Positions 11,353 to 22,324 of a stretch of 23,677 nucleotides of DNA are shown here, piece after piece. Made by a program: the position numbers and the translations under genes. The notes below the pieces were generated by a model. The model was given only the letters and a program-made list of their open reading frames with translations. It was not told where the DNA came from and did not search any database. Position 1 is the stretch's first letter. Each line of letters begins with the position of its first letter. Source of the DNA: Ginkgo biloba (lineage: Eukaryota > Plantae > Ginkgophyta); contig JANKJI020000002.1 in the NCBI GenBank assembly GCA_024626585.2, forward strand, positions 81,783,221 to 81,806,897. Reading direction: 5' to 3'.

Positions 11353-14300
11353 TGATCCAAAGCTTAGTATGTATATTGTATAAGCAATTTTAGAACAATT
11401 AAATTTTCACATTCATAAGTTGCAGTCACATATAAAAGATTATTTTCACTAAAGGAAAGAAAATGGCATGCTCTGCAAAGCTTTTCCAACAAAATTGGAA
11501 GTTGAATTAAAGTCCATGAATTTACAGAGTTTTTTATCCCTTGATTTGGGAATGCTTATCAGAGTGCATAAAAGTGATGCCTCATACAAGAATTAGATTA
11601 CATTTTTCAAATTAGAGCAATAAGCCTTAGCTTGAAAATGGAAGAAGGATCAATCTAGGATAGCACTCTTCCCTTATGTTGTCTTTAAAACTTCTCTAGT
11701 TCTACCCAAAAGCTTATCGACATTCTTGTAGCCTCCTCTCTCACTGCCTCTCTTGCTTTTGAGTTCTTGTCTGCTTTTATAATGCTTCGTGCTATAACTA
11801 TCGATTCAATTACCCAACTTCAATTCAATATCTTGGTTGAAGCTTAAGCTAACATGGACACCTGCCATGTGGTAATGTGCTTACGTGTAAGCTAACTTGG
11901 AGTGTTGGATGCTTTAGGGTGCTTTGGCACTATGTTGGGTTTTTTCGCATTCTCGTCGAAACTTTTCATATTTTGCATTTTCTCCTTACTACACTAGTGG
12001 TTCCTTTTACACTTAATGTCGAGCTCTAACAAAATCCTAATTGTCGATCTCCATGGGTTAATCTTAACCATCAAAAGGAAATGAACTAAAGACCCTTTTT
12101 GCAATGTGTAGTTTCACTAGATTATATTGTCTTGTATTTTTGTTCATGTCAAGCCTTTTTGCATTTTGCATTTTTTCCCCAAATAATTAACTCTCATTGA
12201 GATTTCAATAATTTGTTCATTTTATACAAACATGCTTTCACCAATAAGTTATTAGATTATGAAACCTTATTATGTGGAGCTTGTTAATTACTTGAGCTTA
12301 ATGCCTTAACATGTTGCATTGCTTTAGACTATTTCTTTGAATATGATCTTTCACTTGAGTTGGCAATGATCGATTTTGCATTTTATAAACTTACTTAGTA
12401 TTTGTATTTTAAGCTAGAAACTCCCATACTTTGTCATTTTCATGAAGGAAATGCATATGCCTTCATACTTTGAATTCACAAAGGGGTTGTACAATTTTAT
12501 GGACAATACAGTCTACATTGTATTAGGGCATATACCCAAACCTTATTAAGGACTTTGCCCCTTGGGTAATAGGAAGGGCCTCAGGACAAAACATAATTGT
12601 TGTCTTATATCTAGTTAGCTATGATGGTTGGGTTTTATCCATAATTTTACTGATGTTTTTTTTCTCTTGATGGCCTTATTTTGCCATTATNNNNNNNNNN
12701 NNNNNNNNNNNNNNNNNNNNNNNNNNNNNNNNNNNNNNNNNNNNNNNNNNNNNNNNNNNNNNNNNNNNNNNNNNNNNNNNNNNNNNNNNNNNNNNNNNNN
12801 NNNNNNNNNNNNNNNNNNNNNNNNNNNNNNNNNNNNNNNNNNNNNNNNNNNNNNNNNNNNNNNNNNNNNNNNNNNNNNNNNNNNNNNNNNNNNNNNNNNN
12901 NNNNNNNNNNNNNNNNNNNNNNNNNNNNNNNNNNNNNNNNNNNNNNNNNNNNNNNNNNNNNNNNNNNNNNNNNNNNNNNNNNNNNNNNNNNNNNNNNNNN
13001 NNNNNNNNNNNNNNNNNNNNNNNNNNNNNNNNNNNNNNNNNNNNNNNNNNNNNNNNNNNNNNNNNNNNNNNNNNNNNNNNNNNNNNNNNNNNNNNNNNNN
13101 NNNNNNNNNNNNNNNNNNNNNNNNNNNNNNNNNNNNNNNNNNNNNNNNNNNNNNNNNNNNNNNNNNNNNNNNNNNNNNNNNNNNNNNNNNNNNNNNNNNN
13201 NNNNNNNNNNNNNNNNNNNNNNNNNNNNNNNNNNNNNNNNNNNNNNNNNNNNNNNNNNNNNNNNNNNNNNNNNNNNNNNNNNNNNNNNNNNNNNNNNNNN
13301 NNNNNNNNNNNNNNNNNNNNNNNNNNNNNNNNNNNNNNNNNNNNNNNNNNNNNNNNNNNNNNNNNNNNNNNNNNNNNNNNNNNNNNNNNNNNNNNNNNNN
13401 NNNNNNNNNNNNNNNNNNNNNNNNNNNNNNNNNNNNNNNNNNNAAACTTCATTATATAAAGTGCTATATACTATGTTGAGGCTACCGTAAGTCAAAGTAT
13501 GATCTGATAGAGTCTCCCATAGAGTCTTCAAGATTGTTATTCAAAATTTGTATCCCCATCCTCTAATATCCTCAATTTCTCTTTGCTTCCTTGTCACCAT
13601 ATGTAATGTCGTATCTGGGGCTGTAACAGAAAGTGCCCCACAAAGATAGAAATCTCCTCCTCCTCCTCAAAATGACAACCATCCAACCCATGGACTATTG
13701 GGCCTTATCCTAGATATGGCTATGAGCTCTTCCAAATAAAAGAAGGATGATGGATGTGGGACCCACATGGTAGTTAGGCTAAGCTTTATATAAGGGGGAG
13801 ATAAGAGAGGCTCTAAAAATGGAGCGAATTCTCTTATGGTGACCCATGTGGCTTTATTTGTTATGTTTACGCTTAAGGAATGTGCCTTGCATTATTGTGC
13901 TTTTTCATTACCCTTGGGGTCAAATTAGTTTCAGATGGCAGATGAGTGCCCATGGAGATATATTAGATGATAGGCCAATCCCTAGGACAAGTGTATGTAC
14001 TAGCATTTGGTGTTGAGGGTGTGCTCCATCCAAGTAAACTTTTGTTTTACTATGATTGTGATCTTTCCAATTTAATGACAACATCATATACAAAAGAAAA
14101 AGGGCTCTCAAACAGATAAGGGAAAGTCACATGAAAAAGGATATGACCAAGACCTAAGTTACTGCACTGGGAGGAAAAGGGAAGTAGAGGTCATGTCAAG
14201 AAAATAAGGGTTCTGGGGCATTTAGTGTGACTAAAGGCAATTGCCAAGCAGGCTACAAATGATGGACTGATTTTTTCTAAGGTTAGAAAATCCACATATA

Positions 14301-15592
14301 ATGTGTATATGTTGAGGTGGTCTGAACGAGAGTGGGGATGATCAAAAGGTCTAGAGAAGAGGCAAACTGGCTGAAAGCCAGTTAATGGCAGAGGAGAATC
14401 AATGCAGCGGCTTGGATGGATAAATGTAGTAGTTATGGAGGTAAGAAGGAATGTATGAATTGCATACAAGAGTGGTGTTTGCTATTGATGTGGAAATGGC
14501 TAGCAATCAGTGGAATGATGAGGGCATGGGGTAGACAAAACAAATGGTGAATGGGCAGAATGCACAGAGTGCTAATAGAATGATTGTGGTTGGTGAAAGG
14601 GGTAACAACACTCATGGACCGACCAAAACAAGGTGAAGGGAGTTGTAAATGAATAAACTCTATAACAGAGGACTGTGAGAAGTTTTCTTGTGAAATGGGT
14701 GCTACAGCAGTTTGGATAGATCAAGTATTGAGACACTTAGATGCTCGCTGGACTGTGATTTAGTAAAGATGTGACTGATTGCATTGATTTAGGATCAATT
14801 ACAATCACGATTGCTGTGAATGTCCTTGCAACAATTGAGTGCATAGCAGAATGAGATGTAAATAGGAAATGACACTAATGGAATGGGTACGATTTGTGGA
14901 CAATATATACATGAACTAGAGGAAGAATGGGACAAAGCAGCTGAGGTAGAAGGCATGCAAAGCAAGACAACAGTATGTGGAACAGAGACTTGTGAAAGAA
15001 TAATGGGTCTGATAATTAAATTCTAAATTTGACAATATAGGAAGGTGCAAGCTTTTGTTGACGATGCCGAGATTAAATAATAGCAAGTGGTAGAATGACT
15101 AACAGGAATGGGGACTGAGTATGGCTAATGGCAGAACAATGATAACACAAGAAATATAGTAATGGTTGGAAAGTTGAATGATTGGAAGACACAACAAAAG
15201 CATTGAGAAAGGACTTTAGTAGTCTTGTCAAAGGTAGCGAGAAGGAACAATGGTACCATCTGAGTGTACAAGAAGCACTCAAAATAAAATGGTAGCTTAG
15301 GGCTGAGAATCCTGGGAGTTGAAACACATGTTATTATTCATATGGTGGTTATTTGGGTTATCCTCATTGAAGATAATCAGAATAATCAACAAGAGAATAA
15401 TAACATTCATGAAATAAGAATTCCACCATGCAATATCACAAAAGACAATCACACCATGTAATGAAATAATAAGCACCTCGGTAATAGGTAGATGTTTGGT
15501 ACAAATGAGAGCTTTACCTTGTTTGAATGGTCCACCCCAAGTAGGGTGTAAATCCCAAAAAGATAATGCCAAAAGAATGATGGGTTACAACT

Positions 15593-15610
15593 ACACACAC
15601 ACACATATAT
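15593..15610. repeat. Short (AC)6(AT)3 microsatellite
   Basis: acacacacacacatatat. Confidence 0.8.
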
Positions 15611-16698
15611 AACACAAATACACTCTAACTAGATCAGCTGATTCAGCCTCAAGCCAACCTATCATCCTTTACACCACCTCCCAAAAAAAATACTAACACT
15701 GTCTCCTAACCATCTAATACTGCTACCCATGTAAACAAGGGCACAATACATCTAAAAGGGGTTCACAACAATTGCCAGAACTTAAAGTGAACATCCTGCA
15801 ATTAATGTCATAGTAATGCCTCCATTCAACTTGGCCTCCAAAGATTCTTTAAGGTAAAATAGTAGAACATTCTAACATATCAGCNNNNNNNNNNTTACTT
15901 TTAAAATCTTATAATAAAAGTGTTGCTGTTCACTCTTTGTTTTCTTAACCTACAAACCTGGGCATGTTCTCACCCCATGAGCTGATTTGAGAGGGTGATT
16001 CCCTTATTCAAAGAGGCATGGATGATTAGAAACACCCAAAAGAACATTAAATGACAATTTATCTATACTAACCATTAGGAATATAGTTGTGTTTTAATTG
16101 TGTTGCAATGATTTCTTCTATCAGATTTATTCTCCCATAGGGCCCATTGGTCCTTGCCATCGTGTCTGTCTGGGTGTAGTTCAGATCATTGGTAATTTTC
16201 CTTCAGATTCGGGTGAGCTAAATTTTCATGATGGTATGCTCATTAACTAGCAGGTTTCCTGCTCAACAACCAGACTAAGTTCCATTTCGCTCATTTTGAC
16301 ATCTGTCATTTTTAACTCTCAAACAGAATCCTTACAACCATTTCATTGTTGCTTTTCAAGTTACATCATATTATTTCAACCCAGCCAAGAATCAAACTAT
16401 CACAGTTTAACGTTTACATATTTAGAAGTAAGGTTTGTCATTTGTGAACTGCTTGGGACTTGGCTATAATCTAATCTGTATTCTAAGTAATTTTAAATGT
16501 AGATATTCTTTTTCTCATTTCAGTAAGAGGCTACAACTGGTTCTCCATTGTACATACAGAATATGCAGTTTCTAATTCCTCTTGGCTATCGAAATAACTC
16601 AACATGAACTTAATCTGGAAAGTAGCATCCTTCAGAAATACAGCTTCTCAAAGTAACAAAAATCAAATCTCATAGTATATATGAGCACAGATATATAC

Positions 16699-16848
16699 CA
16701 AAATGTACAACAAAAGCCCTGGACTTGATGCATGTAAAGGTAATTGTAAAGGCAAACTAGACCATCTGCTGATAATGCCCAGGTAAACAAGATCCAAGTC
16801 ACCACCATTGGAAGTATTGCCAATAAAAATTTGAGCTCGGTCATATAC
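16699..16848 (-). CDS. BGAL17: Internal exon of a GH35 beta-galactosidase, beta-domain: VYDRAQIFIGNTSNGGDLDLVYLGIISRWSSLPLQLPLHASSPGLLLYIL
   Basis: tgaaatacag|GTATATGAC...TACATTTTG|gtatat; exactly 50 codons, phase 0/0; lies in ORF 16663..16869. Matches recalled BGAL17 VHDRAQVFVS...YIGTTERW...LFIL, which precedes VENMGRVNYG. Confidence 0.92.
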
Positions 16849-17877
16849 CTGTATTTCAACACAGTTCAAAGTAAAGAACCATTAATTAGAAGCACACACT
16901 TCAGATCTCTTGCAGTTTTAACTTGCCAATTTCAGCATCTTTCATGTCTTGGCAAAGAAATATGGCAAGAAAAGAACAAGATGTTCATTTTGTAGACGAA
17001 GCATNNNNNNNNNNNNNNNNNNNNNNNNNNNNNNNNNNNNNNNNNNNNNNNNNNNNNNNNNNNNNNNNNNNNNNNNNNNNNNNNNNNNNNNNNNNNNNNN
17101 NNNNAAGTTACTTTTAGGACATAACATTTATTACATAAGTGACTAACATGACTTATGTCTTAACTTTATTCTAATATTACAATATGACCATTACATATAT
17201 ATTCTAACAATTTCATGGTAGTTAAGGGTAAACAAAAATCATATCAACAACTAGAGTCAAACCTTAATGTATCTCCATATTCAACTAGTCGTGCAATGAC
17301 TTCACATTATAAATCAACGAAAATGATGTTTTCCCATGTGGCCTTTTCACATAGATCATCTTGGACCACTCTGGTGGAAATTTCAATATCTTTACATGGT
17401 ATTTTTGGTTGATGTCAATGTCATAATCATAATAGATATTGTCATCTTTAATGTTGCAACAATGTCAACTAGTTGTTGTAGCTTGACACACTTTTATGAT
17501 CTTATTTAGTTTGAATTGTACTATTGGCATTCTCTCATTTAATGAGAATTCTTATGTAAAAGTTCTTTTCCAACACTATTCAACTAACAACCCTTAGGGC
17601 TTATGTTGTTTATACCATTAATTACATTCTTTATTAAATATAGCAGCCCATTGATGTGGTCACCTGTCTCTTAGTATACAATGTCATTGCCATACTTGTT
17701 AACAACCCTAACATGCATTATTTGATAATGTGCAACCTCAAAATATATCATTAATTGATGTGTTTCAATGTCTCAAATTAGTATCTCAAAGCAATGTTGC
17801 ATTTCAACCCATTAGATACATTTTCATAGGTGACCTAAGTACCATTTCAAATATTGACCATCTAAGGTTATTTAGAT

Positions 17878-18270
17878 ATTGTTCTACCTCTCCATGCTCA
17901 TACTATGAGCACTACCCCTTTTAGCTAGGGCCCAAAATAGATGGTCGCCTTCAACACATTGAAAGATGCCTTATGCACTGCTCCTCTTCTCCACCTTCCT
18001 AACCTGCAGTTGCCTTTTGAGGTGGAGACAAATGCTTCTCAATCTTCCATGGGATATGTACTTAAGAAGGGAGGACACCCTGTGGCTTACCATTCTAAGA
18101 CCTTTTCAATTTCCAAGCAAAACTATAACACTTATGACAAGGAGTTTTATACTGGAGACATTTCCTTCTTGATAAGGAAACCATTGTTCACACATATCAC
18201 CAACCTCTCCAGTCTCTTCATTCTCAGTCCTAGATTCAGGAGCATCGTCATATGAAGTAGGCATCTTACC
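17878..18270 (+). mobile_element. Decayed gypsy RT-connection/RNase H fragment (second lineage)
   Basis: PLHA...AFNTLKDALCTAPLLHLPNLQLPFEVETNASQSSMGYVLKKGGHPVAYHSKTF...YNTYDKEFY; after a small deletion/frameshift WRHFLLDKETIVHTYHQPLQSLHSQS. Confidence 0.92.
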
Positions 18271-18539
18271 CACAGTTTTTCTTGTACCACCAACTGTAAA
18301 CGATTTTCTTTGTGAGAGAAAAACCACTACTGGCCTAAAACCACCTTTTGAAAAGATGAAAAAAAAGAAAAACTTGAAACCACCTGTAAAAACCACTTTG
18401 TTGGAAAATTGGTCTTGAACAAAACCTCTAAACTATAAGAAAGTGGCTTTGATACCAATTGGTGTGAGCTCTTAGAGCCACACTTTGAACACCTAATTGA
18501 ATAGGATGAATTGCGTGAGGAATCTGCAAATGAGGCAAA
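18271..18539 (-). mobile_element. 5' leader of an LTR retrotransposon: LTR end (18460), PBS (18446-18457), T-rich UTR
   Basis: Minus strand ...CACCA-AT-TGGTATCAAAGC (11 of 12 to consensus), followed by recurrent GTGGTTT motifs; abuts the RNase H fragment in opposite orientation. Confidence 0.7.
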
Positions 18540-19091
18540 NNNNNNNNNNNNNNNNNNNNNNNNNNNNNNNNNNNNNNNNNNNNNNNNNNNNNNNNNNNNN
18601 NNNNNNNNNNNNNNNNNNNNNNNNNNNNNNNNNNNNNNNGTCTTCTTCCACCGACGGCGTCGGTCCCATGCTCAACCGACGAGGTTGGTTTAGTCCTCCG
18701 TCGACGATGTCGACTCACCTTATTCCTCCACCAACAACTCACCTTTTTCCTCCACCGACGGCTGTCGGTCTAGCCTCAGCCAACCTCTTAGAGCTAAAGG
18801 GGATGCGCCTGCATCAAATTCACTCTCTAGTTTATAACCTTTAAGAAGCCAACTGGCTATTCCAAGTACACTCATATGGCGAAGTTATTCCTCAGTGGAA
18901 TTTCTAGGGATGTAATAGGCTCGGGGTTGCTTTGGTGTCGAATGAATGGTCGTTACATAGTTGATTCTACCATGTTTCCATTTATGAATAATCCAAACTA
19001 ATTATTTCCCCTTGTGTTACTGCATGTAGAAATTGGATATTTTCCATGGCGTTAAAAGAATGGCACTACCAACTCCAACAAGTATATTGAG

Positions 19092-19135
19092 TCATTGAGG
19101 ACGACGACTCCCTTAGGAGGGGAGATATATTATAG
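19092..19135 (+). promoter_or_regulatory. Gypsy internal-domain 3' end with polypurine tract (19115-19125) and probable start of a 3' LTR
   Basis: TCATTGAGGACGACGACTCCCTTAGGAGGGGAGATA then TATTATAG (possibly mutated TGTTATAG); translates IEDDDSLRRGD, like the LED...GGG ending of chromoviruses. Confidence 0.55.
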
Positions 19136-19934
19136 GTAAAAATTCACACCCACATAAGCCCAAAAAGGCAATGACTCCATTAGCGGGAAGTCTAATAGGG
19201 TTGCAAGGATGTATGCAAATGCAAAATGACCACTATCAATAACTTTTAGAGCTATTGATTGTAGACACTTCATCAAGGTGTGTTTTATCTCTTGCTTCCC
19301 CCATTGCCACCATTGCTCCACTAAGCATTTTCTCAATGTTACATCTACTTGACATTATTGTCATTGCTTGACTCCACAATTGCTTTTATTACCACTACTA
19401 CAATTGTTGTTGCAAAATGAATCTCAATTGTTAATAATTATTTAATTCTATCCTATATGTAAAATTTATATATCATCTCATTTCTTTTTAGAGATGGAGA
19501 GCAATCTTAGGCTCGCTTTATGAATAACTTGATCCCTTTTCTAATAAACACACCATCATATGGAACACACTAGCTAGACATTTCCATTTAATAGGTAGGA
19601 AGGAGAAGAGATAAAAAATGGGTGGAGGTTATGTAGACATTTTTTGCTATTAATAGGTACCTATTTGTGCTACAACAATATGGATTTTTGTTGAAGAAAA
19701 GAGGGGACAAAACTTGAAATTGCCAAGTGAGGGTTTCATAACATTTTATATTCTTACCTTTGAACTTAGCATTACTTGTATCCCCATCCTCACGAATAGG
19801 TGCATCCTAAAAATAAAAATAACAAGATCAATGTGCGATCGCTTTATATTCAAATGTTTGAAAATTTGTGCACATTACCAACACAGAGAAATAAATTTGC
19901 ACTTTTACACTCTCCAGTAGTGGATTCTATCTCT

Positions 19935-20646
19935 TAGCAAGATAAAAGAATTCTTGGAATGTCCAGTACCTAAAAGCATCATAGAAGTAAGAATATTTTA
20001 TGGGCTAGCTAGTTTTTACCAAAAAATGACAAGGAATTTAATCGTTATTGCAGTTCCTATGATAGATTACATTAATGGGAATACATTTATGTGGATGATC
20101 ATAACTCATTAGAGTTTTGAGTTGTTGAAGAAGAGGATGATAAAAGAACCAGTGTTAGCATTACCAGACTTTAGCAAAGTGTTTTAAGTGGAATGTGATG
20201 CTTCAAGAGTCAGATTTAGAGTAGTGCTAAGTTAAGAAGGAAAGTTGATTCAGGATTGCATACTTTAGTTGAAAGTTGAATAATTCCAAGAATAAGTATT
20301 TAGTGTATGACTTATAATTTTATTCTAGGGTACAAAATTTGAAGTTATGGAGGCATTATCTATTACCCAAGGAATTTTTGTTATACATAGAGCACCAAAC
20401 TCTAAGGTTCATAAACTCTCAAGGGAAGTTGAGTGCCAGACACACCAAATGGGTATAATTCTTGTAGAGATATACTTTTATGTTGAAGCATAAGTTAGGA
20501 AAATATAACTAAGCATAAGATACTTTGAATTGAAGAATATTATTCATAACCATAATGACCAATAAATTGATAAGGTTTGATACCATTAAATAAATGTATG
20601 AGATGGATAAGGATATAGGGAAAGTAATGGTGTATCTTAGAAATTC
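19935..20646 (+). mobile_element. Decayed gypsy (CRM-like) RT-RNase H fragment
   Basis: KIKEFLECPVPKSIIEVRIFYGLASFY...EPVLALPDFSKVF*VECDAS...WRHYLLPKEF...SQGKLSARHTKWV*FL*RYTFMLKHKLGK; many stops. Not shown in the ORF track. Confidence 0.93.
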
Positions 20647-20842
20647 NNNNNNNNNNNNNNNNNNNNNNNNNNNNNNNNNNNNNNNNNNNNNNNNNNNNNN
20701 NNNNNNNNNNNNNNNNNNNNNNNNNNNNNNNNNNNNNNNNNNNNNNCTAAATGATGAAATTGCTAAAATAAAAATGTGAAGGTAACCTTATAATATCATA
20801 GCATAAAAAAGATGAAAAATAAAAGAAGTTAGAGAAGCTTAC

Positions 20843-20960
20843 ATAAAGCACAACGGAAGCATTCATGGATAAAATATTCTCCAAAGCCACTGCTACATCG
20901 CTAGCATTAGTTTGCGCAATTTCTTCACTCCAATGAGTAAGCCAACCCGTGTAAAATTCT
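20843..20960 (-). CDS. BGAL17: Internal exon of a GH35 beta-galactosidase with catalytic nucleophile: (S)EFYTGWLTHWSEEIAQTNASDVAVALENILSMNASVVLY
   Basis: Minus strand reads ttatttttatag|AGAATTTTACACGGGTTGG...GTGCTTTAT|gtaagc; 118 nt = 1 + 39 codons, no stop. EFYTGWLxHW is the nucleophile motif of BGAL17 and human GLB1 (E268). Confidence 0.96.
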
Positions 20961-21224
20961 CTATAAAAATAATTTGCATCTTAGAAGAGAAACTTGCCTA
21001 GTAATGGAGTTTAAGGACAAAAAAGACAGATGTGAAAGTAAAGTAGAAAGGTAAAACACATTTTCTCCAATAGATCATAAAGACAAAAAGATATTAATAT
21101 GGTTGTAGGAAGGAAAGAAGCAATGATGAAATAAAGACGCGATAGGATAGGATTGCCTACAATTTCTAGTTGAAAATAAACACAATTATTTTTTATCTAA
21201 AAAATTCTCTTTGGCGGCGCTTAC
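20961..21224 (-). other. 264-bp phase-2 GT-AG intron of the beta-galactosidase gene
   Basis: GTAAGC donor, T-rich body, TATAG acceptor; splicing yields the continuous peptide ...PALSSEFYTGW. Confidence 0.93.
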
Positions 21225-21315
21225 GAAGACAAAGCAGGGGACTTTCCAGGAGCATTGAATTGTTTTTGCAAGTCGAAAGCAGCCAATGGGTCAAACCATG
21301 TCGGGAAATCAATGG
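21225..21315 (-). CDS. BGAL17: Internal exon of a GH35 beta-galactosidase (BGAL17-like): (A)IDFPTWFDPLAAFDLQKQFNAPGKSPALS(S)
   Basis: Minus strand reads tttactttattttgcag|CCATTGAT...TTGTCTTC|gtaagc; 91 nt, open. Matches recalled plant BGAL17 segment AVDFSTGDDPWPIFKLQKKFNAPGRSPPLSS. Its terminal TC joins the leading A of the next exon to make Ser. Confidence 0.93.
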
Positions 21316-21868
21316 CTGCAAAATAAAGTAAACAAAGTCAATACCAATAGACCGAAAAACACTCAAACTATTTTGTTCATAATATGTAATAAAGTTTAAA
21401 GGAATTTCCCTTTTGTTCAAGGGTTGATAGATTAGTTGTATCTTAATGCTTCCCACCATATGTTATCAAGAACTATGAATAATCCATGACAAACTACCCT
21501 TAATGCATATGCTAAATTCTTTAGAAAATCCTAAAGCAAGCATTGGAATGAAACAAAACGATCTCCATGACATCAAAGGTTCATGATGATATTGCATGGC
21601 AACTATATCATCTTTAATAGCTAGCATGCTCAAGATAATGAAAGGCATCACCCATACCAGTGGGAAAAAAATCAAAACTATTTTTATTTCAATAGCTACC
21701 TTCTATCCTTCATGAGTGGGGCCTTCAAAAGAACATGGGATTACAAAACCCTAGAATGGAGTCAAGTCAAATGTTGATAAATACTTGATTAGATAAGAAA
21801 TTAGATTATGGATATGTTCTAGTTTTATCTCCAAGAAGGAGTTGCATTGGTTGTGCAAGTAAACTATA

Positions 21869-22324
21869 TGTAATGACCCTTCTTAAAATTTGTAAATAAA
21901 ATGATATCCTGGTTCAAAGATTTACAAGTGACAATTGAGGTACGATGACATCTATCTTCCACTTTTGTATGCAATTGCACTCATCAAAAGTAGATAACGT
22001 ATGCCCATGACCCCTTGATAAATAGGCTCAAACAAATATAAGGGTAACATTCGCTCAATAAGAGCAAATATAGGGCATTTTGAGACAGGTTGTCAATTGT
22101 AGACAATTAGGCTACCGATTTCAATAGGATTACACATAGGTTGCAGGGAGAGGAGTTGTCATAATCAAAACCTACAATTTATTAGTTAAAAGGAAGAATA
22201 GCAAGTGATCAAAATACCCCATCCTTCTATTGTATAAATATGTGCAATTTGGGGCATAGAGGAGTGAATGAAGAAATCAATTCAATATATTCTATCCTAA
22301 CCCATTAGACATTGGTATTATAAT
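21869..22324 (+). mobile_element. Probable short (443-bp) LTR, 21869-22311, with degenerate PBS
   Basis: Starts TGTAATGACCC, has TATAAATA near 22234, ends ...TAGACA, followed by T-TGGTATTA. Confidence 0.55.

Noticed and set aside
1192-13531. Long ORFs of 200-324 aa in the track (1192-1905, 4921-5910, 12628-13531 and similar)
   Set aside because: They consist almost entirely of X from N gaps.
13535-13600. Minus-strand RGWG resembling the GWGKG motif of GH35
   Set aside because: Followed by YKF and a stop; the context does not match.
14128-14134. CA+CATGA as the right end and TSD of an insertion starting at 11353
   Set aside because: The RT frame does not resume after it; likely chance.
16125-16235. 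Plus-strand exon-like stretch (GPLVLAIVSVW) faintly like a glycerophosphocholine acyltransferase motif
   Set aside because: In-frame stops on both sides, very short similarity, no companion exons.
16632-16862. 76-aa hydrophobic ORF resembling a small membrane protein
   Set aside because: It is an alternative frame over the beta-galactosidase exon.
17415-17445. Minus-strand YYDYD resembling the missing SYDYDAP motif
   Set aside because: Flanks (KDDNI...IDINQK) do not match, a stop lies just upstream, and no suitable splice sites are evident.
18970-19005. Minus-strand ag|FGLFING as the missing FGFLLY exon
   Set aside because: Poor match, closes quickly, and lies in probable retroelement sequence.
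21193-21459. 88-aa ORF
   Set aside because: It overlaps exon 21225-21315 in the wrong frame and runs through intron sequence.
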